A DNA stretch of 64,000 nt. Origin: Octopus vulgaris (Eukaryota). The DNA lies in NCBI GenBank assembly GCA_951406725.2, contig OX597822.1:84754001-84818000 (forward strand), given 5' to 3'. Below the pieces are notes generated by a model. That model was not told where the DNA came from, did no database searches, and saw only the letters and a program-made list of their open reading frames with translations. Within the stretch, counting starts at the first letter, position 1. Every line of letters starts with the position of its first letter. This document shows, piece by piece, positions 25,494 to 39,719 of this stretch. Made by a program: the position numbers and the translations under genes.

Positions 25494-25537
25494 GTTGTTG
25501 TTGTTGTTGTTGTTGTTGTTATTATGATCATCATCAT

Positions 25538-25783
25538 TAAGGCGGCGAGCTGGCAGAATCGTTAGCACACCGGGCGAGATGCTTAGCGGTATTTCGCCTG
25601 CCCTTACGTTCTGAGTTCAAATTTCGCCGAGGTTGACTTTGCCTTTCATCCATTCGGGGTCGATAAATTAAGTTCCAGTTACGTATTGGGGTCATGTAAT
25701 CGACTTCCCCCTTAAAAACAATTGGCTGTGTTAACTGTTAAAACCAATATTGATATCATCATAATTATCATCATTATTAATAC

Positions 25784-25867
<84 letters not shown>

Positions 25868-26130
25868 GGCGGCGAGCTGGCAGAATCGTTAGCACGCCGA
25901 GCGAGATGCTTAGCGGTATTTCGCCTGTCCTTACTTTCTGTGTTCAAATTCCACCGAGGTCGACTTTGCCTTTCATTCATTCGGGGTCGATAAATTAAGT
26001 TCCAGTTACGTACTAGGATCATGTAATCGAGTTCCCTCCCAAAATCTATTGGCTCTGTGTCAACTTTTTTAACCAATAATGATATCATCATAATTATTAT
26101 AATTATTAATACCATTATCATCATTAATGA
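25538..26130 (+). mobile_element. Two tandem SINE family B copies plus shared 3' flank (local duplication)
   Basis: Copies at 25538 and 25865 share private variants and the downstream AACCAATA.TGATATCATCATAATTAT...TTAATACCATTAT. Confidence 0.88.
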
Positions 26131-26441
26131 TGCCATTCTCCTCATCCTCATCCCCCTCTTCCTCATCATCAACGTCATCGTCATCCAACAACATTTATCT
26201 TGCCACCACTACATCACCGTCATCACCACACCATCCACCAAGAACAACCAAATTCGCTGACGCCATCACAACCAATAGCAACAGTGCTGTAAACAGTAGT
26301 TAAACCTACCCTTAATCACACTCCACTACTTTCGATACGGGTATCATTATTGGTACCTAAATATGACGTGATGGTCACAATTGTAATGTTTTCCCCCATC
26401 GATTTACTCAAGCAGGAATTGAAGCTGAACAGTAGCAACGA

Positions 26442-26482
<41 letters not shown>

Positions 26483-26524
26483 ACAACAACAACAACAACA
26501 ACAGCAACAACAACAACAACAACA

Positions 26525-26607
<83 letters not shown>

Positions 26608-27508
26608 CGAATAAATTATCGATGTCCAGCTCATATACGTACGATATAAAGCGTTGACATTTGATATTTGATATATATATACGTACATGTGTATATGTAT
26701 TTATATACACATGCATGTATGTATGTATATGCGTGTGTGCGTTTGTGTGTATGTGTATATGTATGTATGTGTGTATATACATGTATGTATGTGTGTGTAT
26801 GTATGTGTGTATTACTGTAAAGTAGGGGCATGCTGGCGTTTACTATTTCAATAGGGATGAGTTAAAACATGGCTTTTTAAAATTTTATTAAACCCTAAAT
26901 CCCAGAATTCGCCAAGTTTTCTCGTTATCGGTCGTCAGGCGAATAATGTTAGAAATTAGCATTGCCATTGCGATTATATGGAGTTTATTTTTCAATTAAG
27001 GTAAACGAAATTATTTGATACAATATCTGCTTAAATTAGTTGAGAAATTTGGCAGTGTTTAATAAGTCTGTGGATTTTACCATTAATGACGCTGGCGGTA
27101 TTTTATAGTCAACAAAAGAGAGTTGAATTCTTATTATTCCACAGCACCATCTTAAAAGTGGCACCTGAAAGAATGAGACCAACATGTAAGGAATAACAGG
27201 TAGGAGATAGCTGCAAATCAAAAGCTCACAAAGAAGTGATTACATGCCGTGTATCTTATCTTATTGGATTTATAAAATACTTTAACAAACATTTTGTTGT
27301 GTGTTGAAAGGTAGAACTGACTTTTATGCTTAAGAATTTAACTGCCATCCAATAAGATGTTCGTCAGTCTTCCAAAACACGGATTACAGATATTTGATTA
27401 GTGGTAATAAGGAGGTCTGTTGCAGATAATATCGAAAATGCTTCATAATCGTTTAAATACTTCTGTCTTTCATAAACTACAAATACTTAGATAAAGTGGT
27501 GCCACTTT

Positions 27509-28561
27509 TCTTGCTGGGTTTTTGATGAGTTTGAAGTGGCTGATAGCTAAACATTTTCTAACTGTTGATTTGAAGAGGTTAATCTTTGGAGACAGAATTG
27601 TTTGCCGAAAGGACTTCTTTAAGGTGCTAATGTAAGCGTTTAAGCAGAAGAATTGACTGAGGTCTGGGTTTTTCATTATTGCTGCCAACTTTTGATGAAA
27701 CTTTGCTTTTTTTGATGAAGCAAAGTTTTTGATTTATCTGTACCAACATTTCGTCCTCATCTTCTTCTCCACTTCGTGTCAGGTGGCACATAAGACTTCC
27801 ACTCACTGTCTCACCGTTTTGCCCTGACGATGGCTGTGGTTCTCTCATGGTTCCTTGTTCTCTCTTGCTGGGTTTTTGATGAGTTTGAAGTGGCTGATAG
27901 CTAAACATTTTTTAACTGTTGATTTGAAGAGGTTAATCTTTGGAGACAGAATTGTTTGCCGAAAGGACTTCTTTAAGGTGCTAATGTAAGCGTTTAAGCA
28001 GAAGAATTGACTGAGGTCTGGGTTTTTCATTATTGCTGCCAACTTTTGATGAAACTTTGCTTTTTTTGATGAAGCAAAGTTTTTGATTTATCTGTACCAA
28101 CATTTCGTCCTCATCTTCTTCCACTTGTGTCAGGTGACATAAGACTTCCACTCACTGTCTCACCGTTTTGCCTGACGATGGCTGTGGTTCTCTCATGGTT
28201 CCTTGTTCTCTCTTGCTGGGTTTTTGATGAGTTTGAAGTGGCTGATAGCTAAACATTTTTTAACTGTTGATTTGAAGAGGTTAATCTTTGAGACAGAATT
28301 GTTTGCCGAAAGGACTTCTTAAGGTGCTAATGTAAGCGTTTAAGCAGAAGAATTGACTGAGGTCTGGGTTTTCATTATTGTGCAACTTTTGATGAAACTT
28401 TGCTTTTTTTGATGAAGCAAAGTTTTTGGTTTATCTGTACCAACATTTCGTGCTCATCTTCTTCTCCACTTCGTGTCAGGTGGCACATAAGACTTCCACT
28501 CACTGTCTCTCACCGTTTTGCCCTGTCGATGGCTCTGGTTCTCTCATGGTTCCTTGTTCTC
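27509..28561. repeat. Tandem triplication of a ~350-bp unit
   Basis: The unit start TCTTGCTGGGTTTTTGATGAG occurs at 27509, 27863 and 28211. Confidence 0.95.
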
Positions 28562-29000
28562 CATCCATCAACCTGTCTTTCTTTCTCAACAGTTCTCACC
28601 CAGCTGTTCATGGATCTTCCGAGTTCCCTCCTTTTATGGGTTCCTAAAATCGAGTCCTGACCTTCCCCTCAGCCTTTACCCAACGTATGTCCTGTTTCCT
28701 TCTCCTTCCGCGTTAGAAACCACTGCTTCTCCGAAGTATTGTGGATTCTTCTGAGTATTGAAAGTTTATGCAATCTGAAGATTTTTGTCAGGATTAGCGC
28801 AATACTCAACCTTCAGAATCTGGCTATGTTGGTTCCCTGTCGTGCTTTATTTCCCTTAGACAATCGCAAGGCTGCCTCCACTCACAAGCTTCATCTTCCC
28901 AGAATCTGAACTTTTTGTCTCCTTCTCTTAGGGAGTTTTGTGACTCACCAGCTCAACCAATCTAGTCACATTTTGCAGTACTTTGATTCAATAGTCTGTA
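28450..29000 (-). mobile_element. Decayed RTE-like LINE 3' end
   Basis: Minus-strand HKRRELGRSMNSWVRTVEKERQVDGWRTRN...DRAKR*..VSGSLMCH resembles the RTE C-terminal 'R.RGRP..TW.RTVEKE..GW...DR..W'. Confidence 0.55.
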
Positions 29001-29275
29001 AGATTTTGTGGTTCAATGGGAAATGTTCACAAAGTAAATTAAACTTGTGTTGGCGATAGGAAACGCAGGGAACAACTGAAGGCTTGGCTAAACATAGAGT
29101 ATTACGGCAATGGATTTTTGAAGAACGTTTTTTTTGAGGTGTAAATTACACCGAGTGTCCGTGTGCTTAGTGTCGTTAAGTGATAATGTATCGTTTTCTT
29201 GAAGGAAATTGTGAACGAAGAATTGTTTGGTGGTCGTAAGTTAGACTTTGACGAAGTTTCTTAGGATTCAAGGGG

Positions 29276-29336
<61 letters not shown>

Positions 29337-29650
29337 AGCAAGGAAATTGGTATGTTGTCAGTGATTCTTCTGTAAGAGTAATAAAGGCTGTTTCCAAAGT
29401 TAAAAGTCTAAAGGGATGGCTAAGAGTTTTACTGTGTTGGGGTCGGCTGTTATTCTTAAATTCAAGATCTTTGAAGGTTTTCGCCACACACACACACACA
29501 AACACATACACACAAACAAACACACATCCACACACACACGCACACACACATACACACACGAATAAAGAAAAATGATATATATATATTTGCATGTATATAT
29601 ATAGGTATGCATATATATATATATATATGTATATATAAATATATGTATAC

Positions 29651-29689
<39 letters not shown>

Positions 29690-29794
29690 TATACATGCGT
29701 ATGTATACATATGTATGTATATATATATATACACATCAATAGATATCATGTTTGTATGCATGTATATATATATATATATAAACATATATATGTT

Positions 29795-29836
<42 letters not shown>

Positions 29837-29911
29837 TATATTATACATGTGTATCGTGTGTGTGAATATATATATATATGTAGTTGTTTAAAAATTTATG
29901 AGTCAGAGAAA

Positions 29912-29946
<35 letters not shown>

Positions 29947-30332
29947 AGCAAGAGAGAGAGAGAGAAAGGGGAGGAGCGAATAAGACGAGGTGAGTAAGTA
30001 AAGTGAATGAAATTGTAGAAGAAAGAGAAAAAAACAAGATGTCCGCCAAGCAAAACAGTAAAAACATCTTGTAACAACAGAACGATAGGTGTTTGTGAAG
30101 TAATCCTTAAACCAGCCAGCAGAAGAAGCATGTGTAAGCCATCTTCGGTCTATGTGGTGGTGAGAGGTGGTGAGAGGGGAGATGTGGTTAGAGAGAGAGA
30201 GAGAGGATTGGAAGAAGAGAGAGGGGAGGGAGGAAGGAGGTTAGGAGGAGTTAGATTGTAATTGAGAAAGAACAAATAGAGGTATAAGCTGAAAATAATA
30301 ATAATAATAATAATAACAATAACAACAGCAAC

Positions 30333-30384
<52 letters not shown>

Positions 30385-30543
30385 ATGGTGATGATGACGA
30401 CGAGGGCGATGGTGATAATGACAATAGCGGTAGATGTGCTGGTGGTAGTGGTTATGCCGTTTTTTTACCTACAGCAACGATGATGATGATGATGATAACG
30501 GTGATAACAGTGATGATGTTGAAGGTGATAGCGTTGATGATGG

Positions 30544-30596
<53 letters not shown>

Positions 30597-31243
30597 TTGA
30601 AGATGTGATAGCAGTAGTGGTGGTGGTGGTGGTGGTTGCGATGGTGCTAGGATGGTTGTTGTGATGTATGGGATTGAGGTTAGTTGTCATGATTTGAGGT
30701 GTTGTGATGGTATTGTGGGTGGTTGCGGTATTAGTGGTAGTAGTGGTTGTGGTGGTGGTTGCGGTAGTAGTTGTGTTAGGTACGGTGGTTGGGATGGAGT
30801 GATGCTGATGATTTATAAGCGAGGTATTCGACTTCCCAGAATTCTACTGGTGTGAGCAATTGGGGAATTTGAGAGATTCGCGTAGATTTCTGGGATGGAA
30901 GTGAATTCCAGCGAGAAATCGAAACCGTGTCTCAGACTCGCTTCATTGAAATCTTCATTTGTGTATTTACATTGCATAAAATAACAACAGCGACATTGAT
31001 GATGATGATGATGATGAGGAGGATGATGATGATGATGATGACGACGACGAAGATGATGATGATGAAGATGGTGGTAGTGATGATGATGATGATGATGATG
31101 ACCACGACCACGATCACGACGCAGAAAAGGCGACAACGACGATGATGTTGATGACGATGATCATGGTGGTGGTGGTAATGATGGTGATAGTGATCGTACT
31201 GCTGTTGTTGCTGATGATGATTATGATTATGATGATGATGACA

Positions 31244-31400
31244 GTAGAAATCGAAAAAAGGTGGCATCTCAAGGTGGTTAAAATACCGGTGGTTGTAGGA
31301 GCACTTGGAATGATAAAAAAAAGTAACTGAAAATTATTTGAGAATGATCCTAGGCTTCCCATCTCAGAAAGAAATGCAAACGATTATTTTAATTGGTCCA
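31244..31400 (+). mobile_element. Short 3' fragment of an REL-type non-LTR element
   Basis: EIEKRWHLKVVKIPVVVGALGMIKK matches the R4-type C-terminal 'E+.R.W.L....P+V+GALG' motif. Confidence 0.65.
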
Positions 31401-31419
31401 ATATCCTATATTCAGGCCT

Positions 31420-32280
31420 TTATCGCTCCTGAAGAAGGAACCTCTCCCTGGCCTCCTTCCACCGCCGTCTTTCTCTGGCCAGTCATGGCCATGTTGGCTT
31501 CAAGTAGCAGGTGAGATCATCTAATCACCTTGTCTTTGGTCAGCCTCTTCATCTTGTTCATTGTCTCGGTGTCCATTATGTTATTCTGACTGTCCATCAG
31601 TTGTCCTTCAGTCACGTGATGTGGTCAGCTCATCTATATTTGTTCTCCTTGGTGGTTCTTACGATATCGTTTACTCTCGTGTGCTGTTGAATCCAGGAAT
31701 TGGTTTTCTCATCCTGCAATGTGATGCTGAGCATCATTCGTTCTATTTTCGTTTCCATTTCCTTGCAATATGAGAGGAAAAATGGTAGCCTGTGTTTCAC
31801 TGCCGTAAATCATCACAGGATGTACTCATTGAAGACCTTTCTTTTAATTTTCATGGAGGTCTTGGGACTTCTCATAATGGTTTGGAACATCGGATGAGGC
31901 TGCCGAGCCAAGCGTTATTCTTTTCATGATTTCCGGGAAGAGGTTTCTGTTTTTCATTACCATCTTTCCCAAATAGACGTAGCTGCCTAACCTCTTCTAT
32001 GGTTTTGCCGTTTACGGTGGCAGGCGCTGGCGTAGCGTACCTGTTGAACATGAGGTCCACGTTGAGGCTTGCATTTCTTCCAGTTCCTCCGGTGTATGCG
32101 CTCTCAAGATGATATCATCTGTGAAGTCCCGGTGGTATAATTGTTCACCGTCAATGTTGATGCTCTTCATATCCCATTAGATTTTGTCGACGAGAGCGTC
32201 TTGCAGGCACAATGTCAACAACTTCAGCGAAATGTTATCGCCTTGCCTTGCTCCTCTCTTCAGCTTGACCTTACCACTGT
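31420..32280 (-). mobile_element. Decayed RTE-clade LINE (RT domain to C-terminus)
   Basis: SGKVKLKRGARQGDNISLKLLTLCLQD...INIDGEQLYHRDFTDDIILRAHTPEELEEM...VNGKTIEEV and C-terminal RG*PKTR*LDDL. Confidence 0.8.
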
Positions 32281-33609
32281 CTTATCTTTATGGCTACTGG
32301 CCACATCCTAAGAAATAATCTCAGTTTTTTTGGTACTGGTCTCCGTCCCGAACAGGATATCATTGCCATAAATAACACCCAGATTAAAGTGTCCAGCTTG
32401 CCGTTACTTGAAGTATCTGGCTGAGACTCGAAACAACTTGTAGAGAACAAAACAACACTGAAAAAATAAATAACGACAAAGCAACAGCATCAACAACAGC
32501 AGCAACGACAACAACCGCAGCAGCAAAAAAGCCTGAAACTTTGTTGGAGGGGTTTATCCATTAAAATGAATCAAGTTATTAACAGACTATTTCTTTATCG
32601 ATCTCATAAGGACGAAAGGTAAACCTCGGTGGAACTTGGACTCAGAATCTAAATAACCAGAAGGCATTTTCTTCGATGCTACAACGATTCTTCCCATCTA
32701 CCGAGCTTATAATGATGATGATTATGATAACGACGACGACGATGACGATGATAATGAAGACGACGACCATGACAGAACAATTAATAATAATATTAATAAT
32801 GATAATGCTGATGATGATGAGAATTATGGAAAAGTTGACCCGGTGTTTACACTAAATAAACAAAACACTGACCTTAAAACAATTTGATAAAAAATGGCGG
32901 CAAAGGTTTACAAGAATTTTAAGTAGTCTACCAAACCAAGTCTACATGAAAGTCTTCGGAAACATTGGTTTATTTGTTATCTTAATCTGTTTTGGCTGAG
33001 CGGGAAGCTTGGAGCAGAGGAAGGGTGAAACATTTTCTGCTTCTCCCAGTCTCATGACACTGCCATCTCTCTATCTCGCATTTATTTCTTTCCTTCGACG
33101 TGTTTTTCAGAGCCCTCGCACATCACGTTTGATGTTCGTGCTCTCCTCCATTACATGGGCCATTCCACTTCTCCTTCTAAAAGACCTGAAACGATAGGTA
33201 CATATGGCAATGGTTTTAGCCGATTCTTTGGTGGTCTAAGGCTACCTGAGGTTATTAGAAGCCTCCGGTTGCTCGGATTTCGCTTCATCACCATAGAGCG
33301 ATCCGATTGCCCTGCACATTTCCTTCAAATGATGTCACCCTGCAGGTTTAATGGTCAGGACAGGAGTTCTTCTTCAGTTTAGTTAGTTTCCAAACTCTAG
33401 TGAATAGACAACGTGCGTTCATTTCAGCGAGGCAGTCTTTTCATAGGTCAGTAGGCCAGCACCATTGTAATTTGGTAGGGCCTTCCAGGACACACAACTG
33501 TTACTATAGCTATTAAACAGGCTGTTTTACTTTTGTACCGCTATGAGGTACTGAAGTCGAGTTTTGCAACAGATGTGGTCAATATTTTGTTGTATACACA
33601 TTGGTCAAA

Positions 33610-34890
33610 AACGACTAAGATCAGTCCAGAACAAATGACCAAGATCGAGAAAATATTTAGAGCAGATAAAGGTGGAAGCGAGGCCAAGAAGAGACTAAGA
33701 GAGAAACCAGATGAAGAAAAGAGCGACATGAAGGAAAGACCCAGAGAAGACCAGGAAAAGAGCGGGATCAGATCAAGAAAACACAGAAACCAAGAAAAAG
33801 CCCGAGAAAAAATTATGAAAAGGGGACGAGAAACGATCGAGATTGAGAAAACATTAAGACCAGTTGAAAAAGACTAAGAAAAGACCTAAGATCGGGTGAA
33901 GAAAGGCCGACGCAAAGAAAAGAGCTAGAGCAAATCAGGAAAAGAGCGATACGAGACCAAGGAAAGATAGACACATAGGAAAGACCAAGGCTAAGATCGA
34001 GAGAAAAACCAAAGAAAGACCGAGACCATGAAAAGACTGAGAATAAGACCCATACAAGAAAAGAGCTCGATAAGATCAAGAGAAGAACAGGATCACACGA
34101 TCACACGAAGAAAAGACGAAGACAAGACCAGACCAGAGCAAGAAAGGGCAAAGACCTGTCCAAGAAAAGGCTGCGACCAAGAGAAGACCGAGGCGATATC
34201 AAGAAAAAAAAAACAGACTTTAGATCATGAAGTCCTAGACAAGTCCAAGTAAAACTGAAAAGAGACCGAGAAAAATCCGAGACCAGAGCAAGAAGAAACA
34301 AAGCAAAGTATGAGTGCAAATTAAGTAATGACCGAGATTTGACCATGAAAAACCAGGAAAAGTCCAAGAAGAAATCGAAATATGAAACTATTCCCACCAA
34401 AGAAAGAAAAATAATTGAAAACTAACCGAAACATGAAAATGAAAAGACCAAGAAAAGATCGAAACTAAGAAAGACTGAGACAAATTCAAAAGATGACGGA
34501 GACGAGACCAAGAAAAGACCGAGGTTTGAGCAAGAAAAGAATGAGACTACGAAAAGACCGAGACGAGATCAAGATAATGAAGAAACCAGGAAAAGACCGA
34601 TGTTATGAAAAGACAGAATCCAAACCAAGAAAATATCGAAACCAGAAAAGAATGAAACCACAAATAGAATAAGATCAAAGAAAAACCAATTATTGACCAA
34701 CAAAATACAGATAGCAAAGAAAGAGAGATTTCAGTCCAAGAAAAGGCGGAGACCAGACAAAGAAGAGTCTCACCCAGAAATAACGAAGGGAAGAGTCCAG
34801 AACAGGGAAAGACAGAGGCGAGAGCAAGAAAAGATTGAAAGCAGATCGAGAAAAGACGAAGACCAGACCAAAAAAGGACCGATACCATAA
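33610..34890 (+). repeat. Purine-rich degenerate minisatellite (GACCAAGAAAA/GACCGAGA-like units)
   Basis: Dozens of AGACCA/AGACCG/AGATCG motifs spaced about 10-12 nt apart, strong A/G strand bias, stops in all long frames. Confidence 0.7.
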
Positions 34891-35642
34891 AAGGGCAGAG
34901 TCCAGGTGTTTGTTCTGCTACAATTACCATCGTAAGATTTGCTGCTGCTGCTGCTGCTGCTGGTGATTTGGGCAGCTTCTTTCATTACGTCACTGTTCTT
35001 GTTGCAACTACTACTGTTGTTATTGTTGGTAGAGTTGTTGCAGTTGTTGTTGTTTCTGTTATTATTGCTGTTGTTGTTATTGCTGTTATTGCCAGTGACA
35101 CTGCTGCTATTACTTATTATTACTTCTACGTCCGTAGTATCGTGTGGAAGATGGCCACGAAAGACGAGTATACCTTCAAAGCCTTCTCCAACCTTCCTCT
35201 CTTGTCGAATGGACGACCAAGACGATGCTAGTTTCAAAACTTTTTGTTTCGAAATGTTTTACTTTTAAAATTTTACACTGTAGGGCGAGTAACAACAAGT
35301 GTTGAACAGTCCCATATAATTCCATTCGACAAAGAAACGAGGCAGAACAATAAAAAACTCAATTAAAACAAACTTCTAAAAGCTTCGGCTGTAAACGATA
35401 ATCTCAAATGCTATTGTTTAATTAATGCTGTTGCTATTGTTGTTTCTATTATGGAACGCGGCTGAATGGAAGGTTCTTTAGTCTCTCACCCATCTCTTAT
35501 ATCAACTTCATTCAATTTTGCTGGAATTAAACAGAGGACGATCGATTTTCGTCTTCTCTGAGGTTTTTGATAATCTATTGCTCTAGGATTCTACTCTGTC
35601 ACTAAACAAAAAGTTTGGAGTTGCTCAGGACACTTCCATCTT

Positions 35643-35721
<79 letters not shown>

Positions 35722-35725
<4 letters not shown>

Positions 35726-36113
35726 GGATGTGTAAACCCCTCATGAAGAGATGCTTTCTTCCAAGGAAATACTGGTTCAATTCCTAGTATTTTGGGGGAA
35801 TAAATTTCCTTAAAATAATAGTTATATATAAAAACATAGTTTATATTCATTTAAAAGAAGAAAAGAAAATAGAGATTAGGAAGTTAATAATTGTTTGTTA
35901 TTTACATTAAGTCTGCTAAAATAAATTCATAAGCACACATGTAACATCCAAATGTACATCTTCTTTCTTTCTGATAATGTTATGCTCATGTCACATTAAT
36001 GTAAATTTAATGTTTATCCAGCATTAATTGAAACGGCTGTAAGAAGTGAAGATGACCAATTTGCTGTTGATAATAAACAATTATTAACTTCTTAATCTAC
36101 ATTTTCTTTTTGT

Positions 36114-36118
<5 letters not shown>
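35722..36118. mobile_element. Penelope-like pLTR relic with inverted repeat and degenerate HHR, inserted in (TA)n
   Basis: Inverted repeat 35864-35905 / 36066-36110; CTGATAA (35971)...ATGCT/AGCAT...GAAACGGCTGTA (36030-36041); (TA)n on both sides. Confidence 0.55.
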
Positions 36119-36152
<34 letters not shown>

Positions 36153-36535
36153 CCCTAATTGGATGATGTAACTGGTGTGGTTGGCCTCTTCTGCTGAGTT
36201 AAAATTGTTTGTTATTGTGACTGTAGGACAATAGTCGATTGCAAAGTTTGTCGTCCATTCGTTTCCATCATAAGCAAAAGAAAAACATCAAATTATAGTT
36301 TACTTACTTTGAGAAAAGAAAGATCTGTAGATTGTCCACGAGGCTATCTCGTCTCGATGGCCAGTACAGATTGTATATGAACTCTTTTGAAATCTATGTT
36401 AAACAATCAAGAGCTTATCGTTGACAGAACCAAGCAAGAGATGTTGAGATTGATGTAGGGACAGCACTATCGCAATCTTCGATTCTCCATCTCTGCAAGT
36501 ATTGCCGGTACAAAGTGTTTATCTGTTCATTAAAT

Positions 36536-36624
<89 letters not shown>

Positions 36625-37382
36625 GTTTCTCGCTCTTTCTCGTACACATACATTCACAAATAACAGGTAACTAAGTTCCTTTATTGATAGGGTCGATGTA
36701 TATATATGGGACGTAAAAAACGATCATACGTCACAACACGACACACAGACTGAAACTGACGCATATAAATACATACATACAAATATACATACACACGGAC
36801 ATACAAGCACAAACACCTATATGTCTGTATGCATGTAGGTATGTATTTGCGCATGCGTGGATTATAAATACTCTAATCAGTATCAACACGCACATGTTTT
36901 TACATATTTACTCATGGTGTGTTCAGATCCCTTACACATGTAATACACACACACACACACACATACACACACACACACACAGAGGCACAAACATGTAAAC
37001 ACATACGGTCACACACATATAGACATGTATACATGTATATATTTATGTATATATGTGTATATATGTATACACATGCACTTATATACATAGAGAGAGACAG
37101 AGAGAGAGAAGGAGAGCGAGAGGGAGAGAGACAGAGACAGAAACAAAGAGAGATAGAGGGAGAGTAGAGAGAATATTACGAAGTAAAGGGAGTAAATCGT
37201 ACATGATATTTTGCGTCCAAGGGTTGTAGGCCTCGAGTGCGTTGAACTGTTTTTATGAACTCAGATAAGGCACATATGCATATACGTGTATATATACATA
37301 CACACGTATATGCACAACGTAGGCAAACATCCCAAGATGGAAAGAGTAAACGTATACATACATACATACATACATACATATG

Positions 37383-37447
<65 letters not shown>

Positions 37448-37772
37448 AAATTTATAAATAAGGATAATGTCGATATTTAAATACCGATCTTATCAAGTGG
37501 CCAGCATGGGAATAAATACCATACAAAGGTAATAATTGTCAAAACCCTGACCGTAAAACCACCTTAAATGTTCATATATATATAACTTACTTGGAAATGG
37601 ATGCATGACATTCGATCATATAATAATATAAATAATATATATATGTGCATATATATACATACATATATGTACATACCTACATATATATGTATATATATAT
37701 ATATACATAGGTATGTACAAATATGTATCTGTATATGCATATATATATTATTTATATTATCATGCATATATA

Positions 37773-37829
<57 letters not shown>

Positions 37830-37831
<2 letters not shown>

Positions 37832-38039
37832 TTTACTTGTTTCAGTCATTTGACTGCGGCCATGCTGGAGCACCGCCTTTAGTCGAGCAAATCGACCCCG
37901 GGACTTATTCTTTGTAAGCCCAGTACTTACTCTATCGGTCTCTTTTTGCCGAACCGCTAAGTGACGGGGACGTAAACACACCAGCATCGGTTGTCAAGCA
38001 ATGCTAGGGGGACAAACACAGACACATAAACACACATAC

Positions 38040-38120
<81 letters not shown>

Positions 38121-38311
38121 CATACATATACATATAGATATAATGCACGCTAGCGGCATATATATACGACAAACTTCTTTCAGATTCCGTCAATCAAATC
38201 CACTCACAAGGAGTTGGTCGGCCCAAGGCTATCGTAGAAGTCACGCAGTGGGACTGAACCCAGGACAATGTGTTTGGGAAGCAAGCTTCTCACCACATAG
38301 CCCCTTCTGCA

Positions 38312-38312
<1 letters not shown>
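37830..38312 (-). mobile_element. SINE family A copy
   Basis: The 3' module is nearly identical to the reverse complement of 6650-6840; the 5' module is more diverged. Confidence 0.9.
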
Positions 38313-38383
<71 letters not shown>

Positions 38384-38695
38384 CACATGTATGCGACTAG
38401 GGTGTTAGACAACATCTACATTGCTAGAAATAAGAGCTAACACGTTCTAATGAAGTAGTTAATGCACCTGAATGAAAACATAAACACTAACAGGTGCCGA
38501 TCGAGAACGCTTAATACTGACGCGTCGTCGCATTTAGTGGCATTTGTAGGTCTTTTTGTTGAAACATAGCAAACTGCTGTTCATATTAATTTTATATAAA
38601 CACTTTAGCGAATCGCTGAATCATTCAATTGTTTGAATGACGAAAATGTAAATACTAATGACGAAGCAATCCCGGAAAGAGCTGAAGTCGAGCTG

Positions 38696-38748
38696 GCTTA
38701 ACTGGTGAGCCAAAGGAAATTGCCGAAACTGACGCGTCAGTATTAAGC
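38696..38748 (+). ncRNA. Hammerhead ribozyme motif (core variant CTGGTGA)
   Basis: Stem I GCTTAA/TTAAGC, stem II GCCAA/TTGCC (one mismatch), GAAA, 14-nt palindromic helix III ACTGACGCGTCAGT, triplet GTA; inverted partial copy at 38509-38527. Confidence 0.7.
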
Positions 38749-38929
38749 ATTAAGTTGGAAAGTAATGGTTGTTACCACCTCAACGTAGTTGTTCTACATA
38801 GAACAATGTGTGCAATATATCGGATACAGGTATCGTGTCGTTAACCAGCTGGAGGTGTCCTCCTGGGGCTAAAAAGAGTAGTAACATTGTTCTATGCAGA
38901 ACAACTACGTTGAGGTGGTTACAACCATT

Positions 38930-39073
<144 letters not shown>

Positions 39074-39096
39074 GTGTGTGTGTATAAAACGGTTAC

Positions 39097-39240
39097 CAAC
39101 AGCTTGACTACGGTCGATTTCTTGGACGCAACCTTAGACGTCAGTACGGGAAAGCATTACCGTACAGGAAGCTTAACGAGGATACAGTATACCTCCACAA
39201 GAGCTCAAACCATTCTCTCGCTGTAATTAGAAACCTGCTA
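39097..39240 (+). mobile_element. Penelope-like RT fragment
   Basis: NSLTTVDFLDATLDVSTGKHY(fs)YRKLNEDTVYLHKSSNHSLAVIRNL matches the PLE 'FLD..L....YRKP....Y+H..SNHP' motif. Confidence 0.8.
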
Positions 39241-39304
39241 CCAAAACTTTCAAAAATTTCCGAATAGAATAGACTTGCTGATCTAGTTTTCAGTATGTAT
39301 ATGT

Positions 39305-39348
<44 letters not shown>

Positions 39349-39429
39349 ATGATAATAATAATTTTAATCCTTTCTATTATAGCGATTCTTCCAGCTTGCT
39401 GCCTTAATGATAATGATGATGATAATAAT

Positions 39430-39638
39430 TTCTACTCTAGGCACACGGCCTTAAATTTGTGGGGAAAAGGATTAAATCGATTACATCGACCCCAGTGCTC
39501 GACTGGTATTTATTTTATCGACCCTGAAAGGCTGAAAATACAAAGCCGACCCTGGCGGAATTCGAACTCAGAAGACGGACGGAATGCCGCAAATCATTTA
39601 GCCCGGCGTGCAAACGATTGTACCAGTTCACCGCCTTA
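39430..39638 (-). mobile_element. SINE family B copy
   Basis: Reverse complement of the family B head and core. Confidence 0.75.
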
Positions 39639-39644
39639 TTGGTG

Positions 39645-39719
<75 letters not shown>

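Noticed and set aside
27509-28561. Possible CRISPR-like array
   Set aside because: Whole-unit tandem duplication without unique spacers, in a eukaryotic context.
30813-30975. Complex island with open minus frame (QCKYTNEDFNEASLRHGFDFSLEF...)
   Set aside because: No recognisable homology or convincing splice sites.
33050-33520. Possible very old RTE-like fragment on the minus strand
   Set aside because: Motifs are too eroded to support a call.
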